A stretch of DNA of 64,000 bases from Naegleria gruberi. Its lineage: Eukaryota. Below are positions 1 to 10,105 of the stretch, piece after piece (positions within the stretch are counted from its first letter, which is position 1; each line of letters begins with the position of its first letter). The position numbers and the translations under genes were made by a program. The stretch is taken from the NCBI GenBank assembly GCA_000004985.1, contig GG738845.1; one strand, written 5' to 3'. The notes beneath the pieces are model-generated. The model searched no databases and was not told the DNA's origin. It was given only the letters and a program-made list of their open reading frames with translations.

Positions 1-45
1 AAAATCAAAAGAATTATCAAATACAAAAAAATTAATCGATTAAAA

Positions 46-951
46 ATGTTGTCGTCATCATCAGAAAAGAAGGTTCCAGTGCCAGTGCCTGGACAAAGAA
101 ATATTTTAATTACTAGTGCTTTACCCTATGTTAATAACTATCCTCACTTGGGAAATATTGTTGGTGCTGTTTTGAGTGCTGATGTATTTTCTCGTTATTG
201 TAAACAAAAAGGATACAATACTCTTTATATTTGTGGTACCGATGAATATGGTACTGCAACAGAAACAAAGGCTTTCCAAGAAAAGACTACACCAGAAGCC
301 ATTTGTGCTAAATATTATCAACTTCACAAACAAGTTTATGAATGGTTTGATATTGATTTTGACCACTTCGGAAGAACTAGTACAAAGCAACAAACAGAAA
401 TTGCTCAAGACATTTTCTTAAAACTTCATCAAAATGGATTTTTGACTGAAAAGACTATTGAACAATTATATGATGAAGAGAGTAAGACATTTTTGGCTGA
501 TAGATTTGTCAAAGGTACTTGTCCAACTTGTTTATATGAAGATGCTCGTGGTGACCAATGTGACAAATGTGGAAAATTGTTGAATCCTACTGAACTTATT
601 AACCCACGTTCAACAACTACCGGTTCTGTACCAATCATCAAGGAAACAAATCACATTTTCATCAAGTTACAAGATTTGCAACACAAAACAAAGGAATGGT
701 TCCAAAATAATAAGGATACTGCTCAATGGACTACAGTTGCTCGTTCAATTACTCAATCTTGGTTTGATAAGGGACTTGAGGAAAGATGTATTACCAGAGA
801 TTTAAAGTGGGGTACTCCTGTTCCACTTGAAAAGTTTGCAGACAAGGTTTTCTATGTCTGGTTTGATGCTCCAATTGGTTACATTTCTATCACTGCTGAG
901 TTCTTTGATTCATTGGGTCAAGGTGATTTGATAATATTGATGAAGAATTGA
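46..951 (+). CDS. Methionyl-tRNA synthetase, N-terminal catalytic fragment (HIGH-like HLGN motif, Zn-knuckle CPTC...CDKC insertion, WFDAPIGY). Ends at an in-frame TGA before the KMSKS region.
   Basis: Supplied ORF; class-I aaRS motifs P-Y-V-N-N-Y-P-H-L-G-N and the MetRS connective-peptide zinc knuckle, recognised from memory. Only about 300 aa of an expected >=700 aa enzyme. Confidence 0.8.
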   Translation: MLSSSSEKKVPVPVPGQRNILITSALPYVNNYPHLGNIVGAVLSADVFSRYCKQKGYNTLYICGTDEYGTATETKAFQEKTTPEAICAKYYQLHKQVYEWFDIDFDHFGRTSTKQQTEIAQDIFLKLHQNGFLTEKTIEQLYDEESKTFLADRFVKGTCPTCLYEDARGDQCDKCGKLLNPTELINPRSTTTGSVPIIKETNHIFIKLQDLQHKTKEWFQNNKDTAQWTTVARSITQSWFDKGLEERCITRDLKWGTPVPLEKFADKVFYVWFDAPIGYISITAEFFDSLGQGDLIILMKN

Positions 952-961
952 ACTTGGATAG

Positions 962-1573
962 AGTCAAGGAGGTCACAAGATTGGTGAACCAGTTGGTTTG
1001 ATTAGAAAGATTGAAGATGCTGAAATTAAGGAATGGAAAAAGCGTTTTGGAGGTGGTGAAGATGAAATCTTCCAATTGGATTTGCGTGTTGGTCAAATTG
1101 AATCCGTTGAATTACACCCAGAAGCTGACAAGTTATATGTCTTTAATGTAAAGATTGCTGACACTGTAACTAGAAAGATTGTTGGTGGTTTGAGAGAAGC
1201 TTATCCAGAATCTGAAACCTTAATTGGTAAGAAGGTTGTTGTTGCTTGCAATTTGGCTGTTGCTAAATTGAAGGGTGTTGAAAGTGAAGGTATGCTCTTG
1301 GCCTCTAAGCAAAATGATGGAGTGACCTCATTGCTCACACCTTCAGGAGAGGCTCCACTTGGTGCTCAAATTTATCCAAAGGGTGCTGCTTTCAAACCAG
1401 AAAAGGTGTTGAAGAAGAATCCAACAAAGATTATTTTGGATTCTATCAAGATTGGTGAAAATAATGTCCCACTCTATAAGAATTTACCTTTGGTTGTTTT
1501 CGATAGTCAAAAGAAGGTAATTGCTCAAGTTGCTACTGAAAAGGACATTGCTCAAGGAAGTGGTGTTTTCTAA
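962..1573 (+). CDS. EMAP-II/Arc1p-like (Myf) tRNA-binding domain, the typical C-terminal appended domain of eukaryotic MetRS. It lies in a different frame from the upstream MetRS fragment.
   Basis: ORF 998..1573 is open back to 962. The LDLRVGQIESVELHPEADKLYVFNV...GMLLA pattern is characteristic of the OB-fold tRNA-binding domain. Confidence 0.75.
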   Translation, partial: SQGGHKIGEPVGLIRKIEDAEIKEWKKRFGGGEDEIFQLDLRVGQIESVELHPEADKLYVFNVKIADTVTRKIVGGLREAYPESETLIGKKVVVACNLAVAKLKGVESEGMLLASKQNDGVTSLLTPSGEAPLGAQIYPKGAAFKPEKVLKKNPTKIILDSIKIGENNVPLYKNLPLVVFDSQKKVIAQVATEKDIAQGSGVF

Positions 1574-1733
1574 ATAAATTATTTTTGTACAACACTTTAA
1601 TAATTTGCTAGAGCATCCATAGCACTCTTGGCATCTTTTCTTGTTGCCTTTTTCCTCTTCTTTTTGATCATTTGCACTTCTCCAATTCCAGAAATAAGTG
1701 AGCTATCTCTCTTTTTGGATTCCTCACTATTGA

Positions 1734-2390
1734 TTATTTCTTCCTCAATGGTAACTTTTGGTTCATCATCTCTTCATCCTCTAAATGCACTCGTTTCTGT
1801 TTATAAAAATCATTAATTTCTTCCAACTCGTTCTGTGTAAATTCCTCTTTAGTTTGTTCCTCTTGTTCTTTTTCTTCTTGTAATTTTTCTAGCAAGTGAT
1901 CAGTCGATATCTTATTTTGTAAATTTTTAATTGTTTTTATAGAATCCAATACATCCAAATCTTCCAATTCTTGCTTACTATCGAGTGTTTTACTTTCCAA
2001 TTTTTTCATTGCATCTTCATCTTCATTATTATCATGTATTTCATCTGATCCATTATGCTTTGGTGGAAACGATCGAACACAATTATGTTCAGGAACGTAA
2101 CCACTATTTTTTGGATCAGTTTTAAATGTGACTTCGCTAGCACATCTAGTACATCTAATATAAAATCTAAATACTTTTAATCCTAAATATTCCTCTCCTT
2201 GAACTGTTTCCTTTCGGGAGTTGAATTTTTTTCCCTGATACATAAATTCTCCACAAACAGAACATTGTACCGTCATTGGCAACATCATTCTAATTTTGAC
2301 TTGGTTAGTCACAGCCACTTTCCTTCTCGGAATTTGGCTTGGATCAAACTCTGGGTGATAATACTTTTGAATAACTTTTCTTTCTGCCAT
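1734..2390 (-). CDS. Splicing factor YJU2/CWC16 (CCDC94/CCDC130 family)
   Basis: N-terminal MAERKV..KYY.P.FDPS.IPR and the CxxC...CxxC Zn-ribbon are typical of the CWC16/YJU2 family. The C-terminus is acidic and coiled-coil. Confidence 0.8.
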   Translation of the reverse strand: MAERKVIQKYYHPEFDPSQIPRRKVAVTNQVKIRMMLPMTVQCSVCGEFMYQGKKFNSRKETVQGEEYLGLKVFRFYIRCTRCASEVTFKTDPKNSGYVPEHNCVRSFPPKHNGSDEIHDNNEDEDAMKKLESKTLDSKQELEDLDVLDSIKTIKNLQNKISTDHLLEKLQEEKEQEEQTKEEFTQNELEEINDFYKQKRVHLEDEEMMNQKLPLRKK

Positions 2391-2641
2391 GGTTTTATAA
2401 TGATTCTATTCCGATTCGATTGATTTGATGGTTTTTATCCAGGAGACTGTTTCGAGTTGTTGTATTTTTTTTTTAGAAAATAATAATATGAATTGTTTAA
2501 TGCATTTATTAAAACTTAAAAATCAACTCCATTAATACAATGTAAAATTTAGTTTAAATATAAGAACAACTAGAAAATACAAAAACATGTAAAATATTAA
2601 TAAAAATAAATTAAAAATAAATTAAAAAAAAACAATTAAAA

Positions 2642-3214
2642 ATGAGTTCTGCTAATCGTGAAGATTTGACCCTCCCTAAACAAACCATTGTCAAAATTAT
2701 CAAGGAACATTTGGGAGAGTCGATCAAATGTGCTGCCGATACTAGAGAATTGATCGTAGAGTGTTGTGTAGAGTTTGTACAAATGATTGCTGCTGAGTCG
2801 AATTCTATTTGTGAATCGGATAAGAGAAAGACTATTGCTGGAGAACATGTTACAGAGGCTTTGAGAAGATTGGGCTATTCTGAATATTTAGGATTGGTTA
2901 ATGAAGCCCACAACCAACACAAGGTTGAATCCTCAAGACATAACAATGCTTCAAAGAAGTTGAAAAATTCTGGTAAAACTGAGGAAGAATTAATTTCGGA
3001 ACAACACAAATTAATTGCTCAATCCAGAGCAAGATTGATCGGTAATGGTGGTGCAACACAAACACCAACCACAGCAGTTAGTACTAATTTTCCAACCTTT
3101 CCACAACAACAACACTATCAACAACAACAACAACCTAATTATTATACTTCTCCTCTAGTTCCTCCTCCATTGGCTAATGCTCAAAGAGGAGAAATCATCC
3201 CATCAAATATCTAG
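2642..3214 (+). CDS. Negative cofactor 2 beta (NC2-beta / Dr1), histone-fold TBP-binding repressor. C-terminal Q-rich tail.
   Basis: LPKQTIVKIIKE...AADTRELIVECCVEFVQMIAAESN...KRKTIAGEHVTEAL matches the Dr1/NCB2 histone-fold. The CAA-repeat poly-Q near the 3' end is at about 3100..3135. Confidence 0.8.
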   Translation: MSSANREDLTLPKQTIVKIIKEHLGESIKCAADTRELIVECCVEFVQMIAAESNSICESDKRKTIAGEHVTEALRRLGYSEYLGLVNEAHNQHKVESSRHNNASKKLKNSGKTEEELISEQHKLIAQSRARLIGNGGATQTPTTAVSTNFPTFPQQQHYQQQQQPNYYTSPLVPPPLANAQRGEIIPSNI

Positions 3215-3463
3215 TATTTTAAACTTCTTTTAAAATTGATAGAGGATCAAAATACTTGACAGGATTGAAAATTGCTATTAACCATAATTTGGAATATAAT
3301 TTGTAGTAGAGAGAGGTACCTTTAATTGGAACTATTTTAGACTATTTCTCTCAACAATGTGAAATACTCGTGTAACACAATGATAATAATCTATTTATTT
3401 ATCAGATAATAATGGCATAATTGATGTATAATTTTACAAATGATGATGATTGATACTTTAATA

Positions 3464-3898
3464 TTACAATCCTTGAGAAATTAAGAATCTTGAAAAGTTT
3501 TCACAATCCAAATAACACTCCGCTGGTTCGTTTGAAATTCCATACATGACAACCAATAGTGCTTGATTTGTTTTAAATAAATAACATCCCTCCACTCCAT
3601 TCTTTCCACATAATACACGATCTTTTATCACATTAGTAACAATAAATTGTTTGTTCAATAATTGTACACTATTCTTGACAACATTTTGATCATTCAAAAT
3701 GTCAGGATTTTCAATAACATCCAAAACATTATCCAACCAAGCTGTTGAACATTCTTCACCTCCTAGATTAGGATCACTTGAAAAATTTGATGTTTTTGCC
3801 CAAACACCTCTATCCGAAATACTAACAAGAGCTCCGTGTGTTGCATTGCCGTTTTGAATAATTTCTTTTTCAATAAAATCCTTCCACTCTTCTGACAT
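3464..3898 (-). CDS. Profilin
   Basis: 144 aa. N-terminal W...I and a C-terminal ...CYLDCENFSRFLISQGL like the profilin C-helix (…YL…G(L/Y)). Size and overall pattern fit. Confidence 0.7.
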   Translation of the reverse strand: MSEEWKDFIEKEIIQNGNATHGALVSISDRGVWAKTSNFSSDPNLGGEECSTAWLDNVLDVIENPDILNDQNVVKNSVQLLNKQFIVTNVIKDRVLCGKNGVEGCYLFKTNQALLVVMYGISNEPAECYLDCENFSRFLISQGL

Positions 3899-4053
3899 TT
3901 TTTTTTAATCTACTTGCTTGTCAGTTTATCATTCTTTGACATGTTTTTTGTTAAAAAATTAATAAGAAACTATTCAATTCGCAATTTTTAAACTTTTACT
4001 CAAATCTATGAATCAAACAATTACATGAAACTCTTAAAAACTGAACAAAAAAA

Positions 4054-5826
4054 ATGAAGAGAAGCAATTCTGAAATTAAAGAGAAAAAGAAGTCAACAAC
4101 AACCAACAATGAAAAGAATACACCATCAACATCATCATCATTGGTATCGGAAAAGAAAATAATAGATAATAATAATATATCATCACCACCACCATCAAAA
4201 AAGAAGAAAATTTCAAAAGTTTCAAATCCTCTTCCTACCTATGAAGGATACATTTCGCAATTGGATGAATGTATTAATCAACAACAGGCACTTTCTCATG
4301 CCATTTCTTCTCATGATGGAGTTATTGTTCCACCACAATTTTCATCTTCATCACAATTGGCAAAATTAGTACACATTACCAATTGTAATAATATACATGC
4401 TAGTGTAAAGAAGGATTTATTAAATAGAGATAGTGAGGAAAATGTCTTTCTTTCCCTTACACAAAGTGTAGTATTTAATGAAATTTTAGGAGGAAAGGAT
4501 TTAATTTGTGAATATTGTGCTGTAGGAAGTGTGTTTTCAAAGATGGACGCTTTATTTGAGGATTGTTCTCTTTCATATTTAATTCCACTTGTCACGAACG
4601 TTTACAAGGCTGTTAAATTTAAGAGAAGTGGTTGTTTGGCATTGATTCTAGTTGATTCTGATAAAAAATTAGAAAGACTTAGAGATGATATTTTGGTTAA
4701 TAATTTACCATCAGCTATTGAGGATGATTTGATTTCAATTGTAGATGGAGAAGAAATTGAACAGACTCCAATTGTTATTTCAACATTGAAAAACATTATT
4801 CCAATTTTGAAGAAACAACCTGATTTATTTAAGATTAGCGCCAAATGTGTAATTTTCCACTTGGGAGAGGATACAATGACTTATTCATATGGATCATCTG
4901 AATTATTTGATCAATTGAAAGAGTTAAATGAAAATTATCTTCCAAATAAGAGTAGTAGACAAACTATCTTTTATTCCAATTCCATATCGAGCAAAACTAC
5001 AGCATTTGTATTGAAAGAGCTCACTAGGGCCAATCCACCATTTATCAAATTGAGTGATGTTATTGCTGAAGAAGCTATTATTAAGCAATCTATTGAAATG
5101 GATAAGAGTAAGCAAGAGCATTCATATTTGCCTGTTAAATTCCCACTCAAACTAGTTTATTTATTTTCTCTCCTTTCATTCTTGGTCAAGTATAGAAAAT
5201 TCCAAACAGTTTACATTTACTTTCCAAGTGCTGAAATTTGTGAATATTATGAAGTATTATTTGAACATACCAAAGACTTTAAAGCAATCTCTAAAAAATC
5301 ATCAATGTACTTTGTTTATGATGGTATGATTGATATTCCAACTTCATCTGATCCTTCCAAAACAGCTGTCATTCATTTTGAGATGCCACATGACAATTCT
5401 ACATATCTTCAAAGAATTGGTAATAACAGAAGATCTATAGCATTATATACAAAGGGTCTATCAGATGATGCTGACGTATTATTTAAAGAAAAGGCTGACC
5501 ATTTGAAATTATATGACAAATTTTCAAATGAGGCTCATTGTGACTTGTCGATTCAATTCCAATGTGAAAAAGCTGTGGAAAAGTACAATCAAATTAGAGA
5601 TTTACTTAAAGCTGCTCTCAAGGCCTATCGCTCAACACATGCAAAATTCCTCGATAACACCAGTTTACAAAAACAACAAGACAAACTCAAATCCCTCAAA
5701 CACAAAAAGAAACTGTTAAATATTGAACAATTCTTACAACCATTTGCAGTAACTGATGTGAACGTAACCCAACAATCATGGGAATATTATTGTAACATCT
5801 TGGTGCCTCAAAACTTTGATGAATAA
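4054..5826 (+). CDS. Hypothetical 590-aa protein with a basic/Ser-rich N-terminus and a possibly degenerate DEAD-box-like helicase core (Walker A degenerated, remnant LQRIGNNRR resembling motif VI HRIGRxGR)
   Basis: Long uninterrupted ORF with eukaryote-like codon usage. ILGGKDLICEYCAVGSVFS is positioned like motif Ia/I of DEAD-box proteins but lacks GSGKT. Assignment is tentative. Confidence 0.55.
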   Translation: MKRSNSEIKEKKKSTTTNNEKNTPSTSSSLVSEKKIIDNNNISSPPPSKKKKISKVSNPLPTYEGYISQLDECINQQQALSHAISSHDGVIVPPQFSSSSQLAKLVHITNCNNIHASVKKDLLNRDSEENVFLSLTQSVVFNEILGGKDLICEYCAVGSVFSKMDALFEDCSLSYLIPLVTNVYKAVKFKRSGCLALILVDSDKKLERLRDDILVNNLPSAIEDDLISIVDGEEIEQTPIVISTLKNIIPILKKQPDLFKISAKCVIFHLGEDTMTYSYGSSELFDQLKELNENYLPNKSSRQTIFYSNSISSKTTAFVLKELTRANPPFIKLSDVIAEEAIIKQSIEMDKSKQEHSYLPVKFPLKLVYLFSLLSFLVKYRKFQTVYIYFPSAEICEYYEVLFEHTKDFKAISKKSSMYFVYDGMIDIPTSSDPSKTAVIHFEMPHDNSTYLQRIGNNRRSIALYTKGLSDDADVLFKEKADHLKLYDKFSNEAHCDLSIQFQCEKAVEKYNQIRDLLKAALKAYRSTHAKFLDNTSLQKQQDKLKSLKHKKKLLNIEQFLQPFAVTDVNVTQQSWEYYCNILVPQNFDE

Positions 5827-5890
5827 AATTATTGACCTGCTAATTTTATTAAAAAACATGTTTCAGAATCACATGTGCCAAAACTATTTG

Positions 5891-7368
5891 TTACATTTTC
5901 GGTGTATAATATTTGAATTTGATCGATTTCTTCTTTTTAACAAGTGTACCCTCATTAATAAAATCTCCATACTCATTACCAAGAATATTTACAACCGTGA
6001 CAGGTGTTTGTGGACTCTTTTTGATTTTTGATGGTTTGGAGATTTTCTGAATGGGTTGAGAGTTGTAATTTCTTTGAGGAGTAATAGCGCATTCATCATG
6101 TAAAGATACATCATTCCAAGCATTGTTTTGATTGGACTGAAAATTTGGAACACTTCCAGCAGAAGATACCACTGTTGTGTCTATCTTTGTTATAGATCCT
6201 CTTCTTGTTATATTTCTCGTACTATTTATGACCTGATGTTCATGCTTATCAAANNNNNNNNNNNNNNNNNNNNNNNNNNNNNNNNNNNNNNNNNNNNNNN
6301 NNNNNNNNNNNNNNNNNNNNNNNNNNNNNNNNNNNNNNNNNNNNNNNNNNNNNNNNNNNNNNNNNNNNNNNNNNNNNNNNNNNNNNNNNNNNNNNNNNNN
6401 NNNNNNNNNNNNNNNNNNNNNNNNNNNNNNNNNNNNNNNNNNNNNNNNNNNNNNNNNNNNNNNNNNNNNNNNNNNNNNNNNNNNNNNNNNNNNNNNNNNN
6501 NNNNNNNNNNNNNNNNNNNNNNNNNNNNNNNNNNNNNNNNNNNNNNNNNNNNNNNNNNNNNNNNNNNNNNNNNNNNNNNNNNNNNNNNNNNNNNNNNNNN
6601 NNNNNNNNNNNNNNNNNNNNNNNNNNNNNNNNNNNNNNNNNNNNNNNNNNNNNNNNNNNNNNNNNNNNNNNNNNNNNNNNNNNNNNNNNNNNNNNNNNNN
6701 NNNNNNNNNNNNNNNNNNNNNNNNNNNNATGAGCTATTATTAAGGGATGGACCAAAACGACATGTCGAGCTTGAGGATGGGGAGTTATTAAATTGACAAT
6801 TATTATGTTGAGGGTATTGGCGAGGTGGACTGGAATGGTGGAGAAGGTTATGTTGACTATTCAAATGTATGGAGTGAGCCTGACTTGTATTTGAATTTGG
6901 TGAGTGGAGATCTCCTGAAGAAGGTTCGCTATTGCCATTATTGAACATATGGACTTGAGGTGGAGAGGAAGTATTAAGGTTGTGGAATGAATGTTGTTGG
7001 TGGTGGTAGAATTGGGATTGATTTACATGTGTGGAGGAATGATTAGCAGAGCATGGTGGATTATTGACAGCATGGTTTGACCAGGAGGATGATGATGGAG
7101 GAGTATTAATAGCACTGGAATGTTGTTGAGGATTGTTATGAGTGGATTGGAATGTATTGGTTGGAGACACACAGTGGAACGAAGTGGCTCCTTGTGAGGC
7201 TTGTGATGAAAAAGAAGTTTGTCGTGTTAGTACTGAAGCATTATTGCTGCTCGACGTCGAGAACTTTGTAGTGCTATTCTGAGGAGAAGATCTATGACTG
7301 TAACTGTAGATACTTGTTGTTTGCTGATTAATAATATTATTATTATTATTAAGGTGATTCATTTTCAT
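5891..7368 (-). CDS. Low-complexity Ser/Asn/Gln/His-rich protein (poly-N, poly-Q) of unknown function. The coding region is interrupted by the assembly gap.
   Basis: ORFs 6226..7368 and 5891..6172 are in-line on the minus strand either side of the N-run. Strong compositional bias; no recognisable domain. Confidence 0.45.
6254..6728. other. Assembly gap (475 N)
   Basis: Run of n characters in the sequence. Confidence 1.
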
Positions 7369-8053
7369 ATATAAAAACTTGACTATACTAGTTTGTTAAA
7401 TGTATATTGAAAGCTAGTTCTTGCTTCTTTGCTCAAAGGACCTTAATGATATGCTAAATAACAAAGTATTATTAAAATAGTCAATGTAGTGTTGTTTTTT
7501 TGGAATGAGTGCATCACGCAATCCACACAAGGAAGTACTTCATCCAACAAGAGTCACATGTTCTTCTCTTCATATCAAAAGAATGTGGAGTGATTCATTT
7601 GAGGCGTGACCTTCTTTTTTGCAAAGAGAGAGATGACCCAATAAAGAAAGAATAGCTTGTATAGGATGTGATGAAAATTTGGTACAGATACGTGTAAGGA
7701 AATCATGACCTGCTAATAAGGTTATATAATGGTGTAAATATTAATTGTGTGGTGGCTTTACATATCTGGGTGTGTTGTGTACCTTTCCAAGAAAATAGAG
7801 CGGCCCTACCTCCTCCATACAATATTAAGGAGAAATGAAATACCCATACAAAGGCGTTTGATATTTCCTTATCTGGGCCTTATAACTGAAAATCTGGCTT
7901 GTTTGGATTCTAGTGCCAAGTTCTGATTTTTGTATTTGGAGATGAGCTTACAAATACGGTTCATTGTTTTGTTGTGCATTATTTATTGTCTGTGTCCACT
8001 TCAAAATAACAATGTTAAATTTCTTATATTGCTCAAATGAACGAATTTAATAT

Positions 8054-9946
8054 TTATTTCTTCTTTTTAAATCTATCATTGACTTGAATCTTTCCACCAC
8101 CAACAGTTGTTCTACCTGCAAGTGATGAGGCTGATCCAATATTTTCCTCCTCTTCAATGAGAGGATCTACAGTAGATTGAGAATTATCGTTTGATTGTTC
8201 ATTTGGTGTTGGACTTGTGTCGATTCCTCTTGCTGTTTGCTTTCTATTTTCCTGTTGTCTCTTCAATTTGAAGAATTCTGGAGAGAGTTTGGTGTTGGTT
8301 TCGTCCAAACTCTCAATACCCATCTTTTTGAGAGCCAATAATTGTCTTCTCTTGATCTTTTTCATCTTTTCATCGTGAGATTCTCTTTCAAATTTGAATC
8401 GGTCTCTTTCACGATCGATATCCTTAAGGAGTTTTCTCTTTTCGTCGTCCAATTGCTTAATTTCATCATCTTCAGTAATGTCAGAGCTGGAGATTGAAAG
8501 TTTGAGCTTTTGCATCTCCTCTTCAAGTTCCTTCTTTTCTTGTTGCCATGCCTTGACAATTTCTTCCAATTCTTGTTGGGCCTTATCATATTCCTCCTTT
8601 TCTTGTTTATACTTTTGTTTCCAACTTTCCACATATTCTCTCCAACGATCTTGAATATCGGTAGCATCATCCTTCACATTATGCTCACTACTTGTTGTGG
8701 CAACAGTTGATGATGAGGAGGAAGTTGCACTATTTGTATCAACTTCCTTCCTCTCAACACCTGCCAAGTCAGCTACAGTGTTATTGAGGAATGAGTTGGA
8801 AGCAGTGGAGGCACCTCCCTTATCTCTCATCTTTTCCAAGAATGAGGCCAATGTATTACCACTCCTCTTCTCTTGAGAATCATCGGCTGTGAAACCACCT
8901 TCCAAAGCATTGAAATCATAACCTTGCAAGAAGATTTGTTCAAAGTTTTCCATACACATACCAATAATATTATAGTACAATTCTGCATTGGTTGATTTTG
9001 CAGTGATGGATTGATCCTTATGTTGTTGGAAGAGATATGGACCTATTGATAAGCTCAATACTCTACTATTCAATTTGTTCAAATGAGAATAATGGAGAAA
9101 TTCATTCAATACTTCAATAAGTTCACGAAAAACTCTTCTATAAATGTTATGTTCAAGATTTTTAAAAGCTTTCATAAATTCTTCTTGTCTCTTGTTTGCA
9201 TCACTCAATCTTGCAATTTCTAAAAATGTTGAAGTTGGATGAAGGAGTGGAAGTTGTAACTCTTTCAAATATTCCTTCAATAAATTAGCAACTATATTTG
9301 GATCTGTTGTATTATCAAATACAATGGAATTGAAATTTTCATTAGCTTTTTGTTTGGCGTTGAATTGTTGAACTAATTGCTGAGTTTGACCAACTGATCC
9401 TAGAATTCTAAATAAACCAACACTTCTAACTGCTCTATCACTTGTCAAAAATTCAAATAACTTGAATATAATTGGTGGTAACTTTAAATAACGTTTAGTA
9501 TTATTATCATCATCCAAATAGTAATGTTGTTCCAATCTACCACCAAAAACTCTATCTGTCACATCAGATTTTTCAGTTCTTACTTTAGGTTTTAGCATGG
9601 CATTAAATTTACTCTTGTTTGGAATCCAATAGGGTTTCATTTCCAAGTTTAATTGTTCCTTTAATAAATTTTTACATAGAGTTGCCCATGGAACGAGAAG
9701 AGATGGGTTTCCCATCACAAATATTACATGCTCATCTGATTATAACAAAGTTTATGTACATTCCAAAGTTATATTGTTATATTGTTGTGTAAATATATAT
9801 TTACCTGTACTTGGAGCAATGGTTTGGTTTTGGGAAGCAATTTTTCCCAACATTTCGGAGAGATCATCTTTTGGGTTGAGTGTAACCTCTTCTATTTGTT
9901 GTTCGTTGATTTTTAGTTTAATCGTCTTTGGTTTGCTTCCGAACAT
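8054..9946 (-). CDS. Rho GTPase-activating protein (RhoGAP domain with arginine-finger motif GLFRILGS) with a C-terminal coiled-coil. Two exons: 9805..9946 and 8054..9735, intron 9736..9804 (GTAAAT...CAG).
   Basis: RhoGAP signature R-x-x-G-L-F-R-I-x-G-S. The two supplied ORFs join in frame through a 69-nt intron. Confidence 0.8.
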
Positions 9947-10105
9947 TTTTTTTTATGAAAGTTGATGGCTAATGTCACCTAATCAATTTATTAACATTCT
10001 TCTATAACACATCGATCTCTTGTGAGTATTAATTTGTTGTTAAATTTATTAAGATCTAATCTCAATCAACTTTTTATATTTACAGTACTGTGTTCGAACT
10101 TTTTC

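Noticed and set aside
121-641. Short ORFs 121..408 (-), 176..421 (+), 429..641 (-) inside the MetRS coding region
   Set aside because: They overlap a strongly supported CDS in other frames, with low-complexity translations typical of AT-rich antisense or out-of-frame artefacts.
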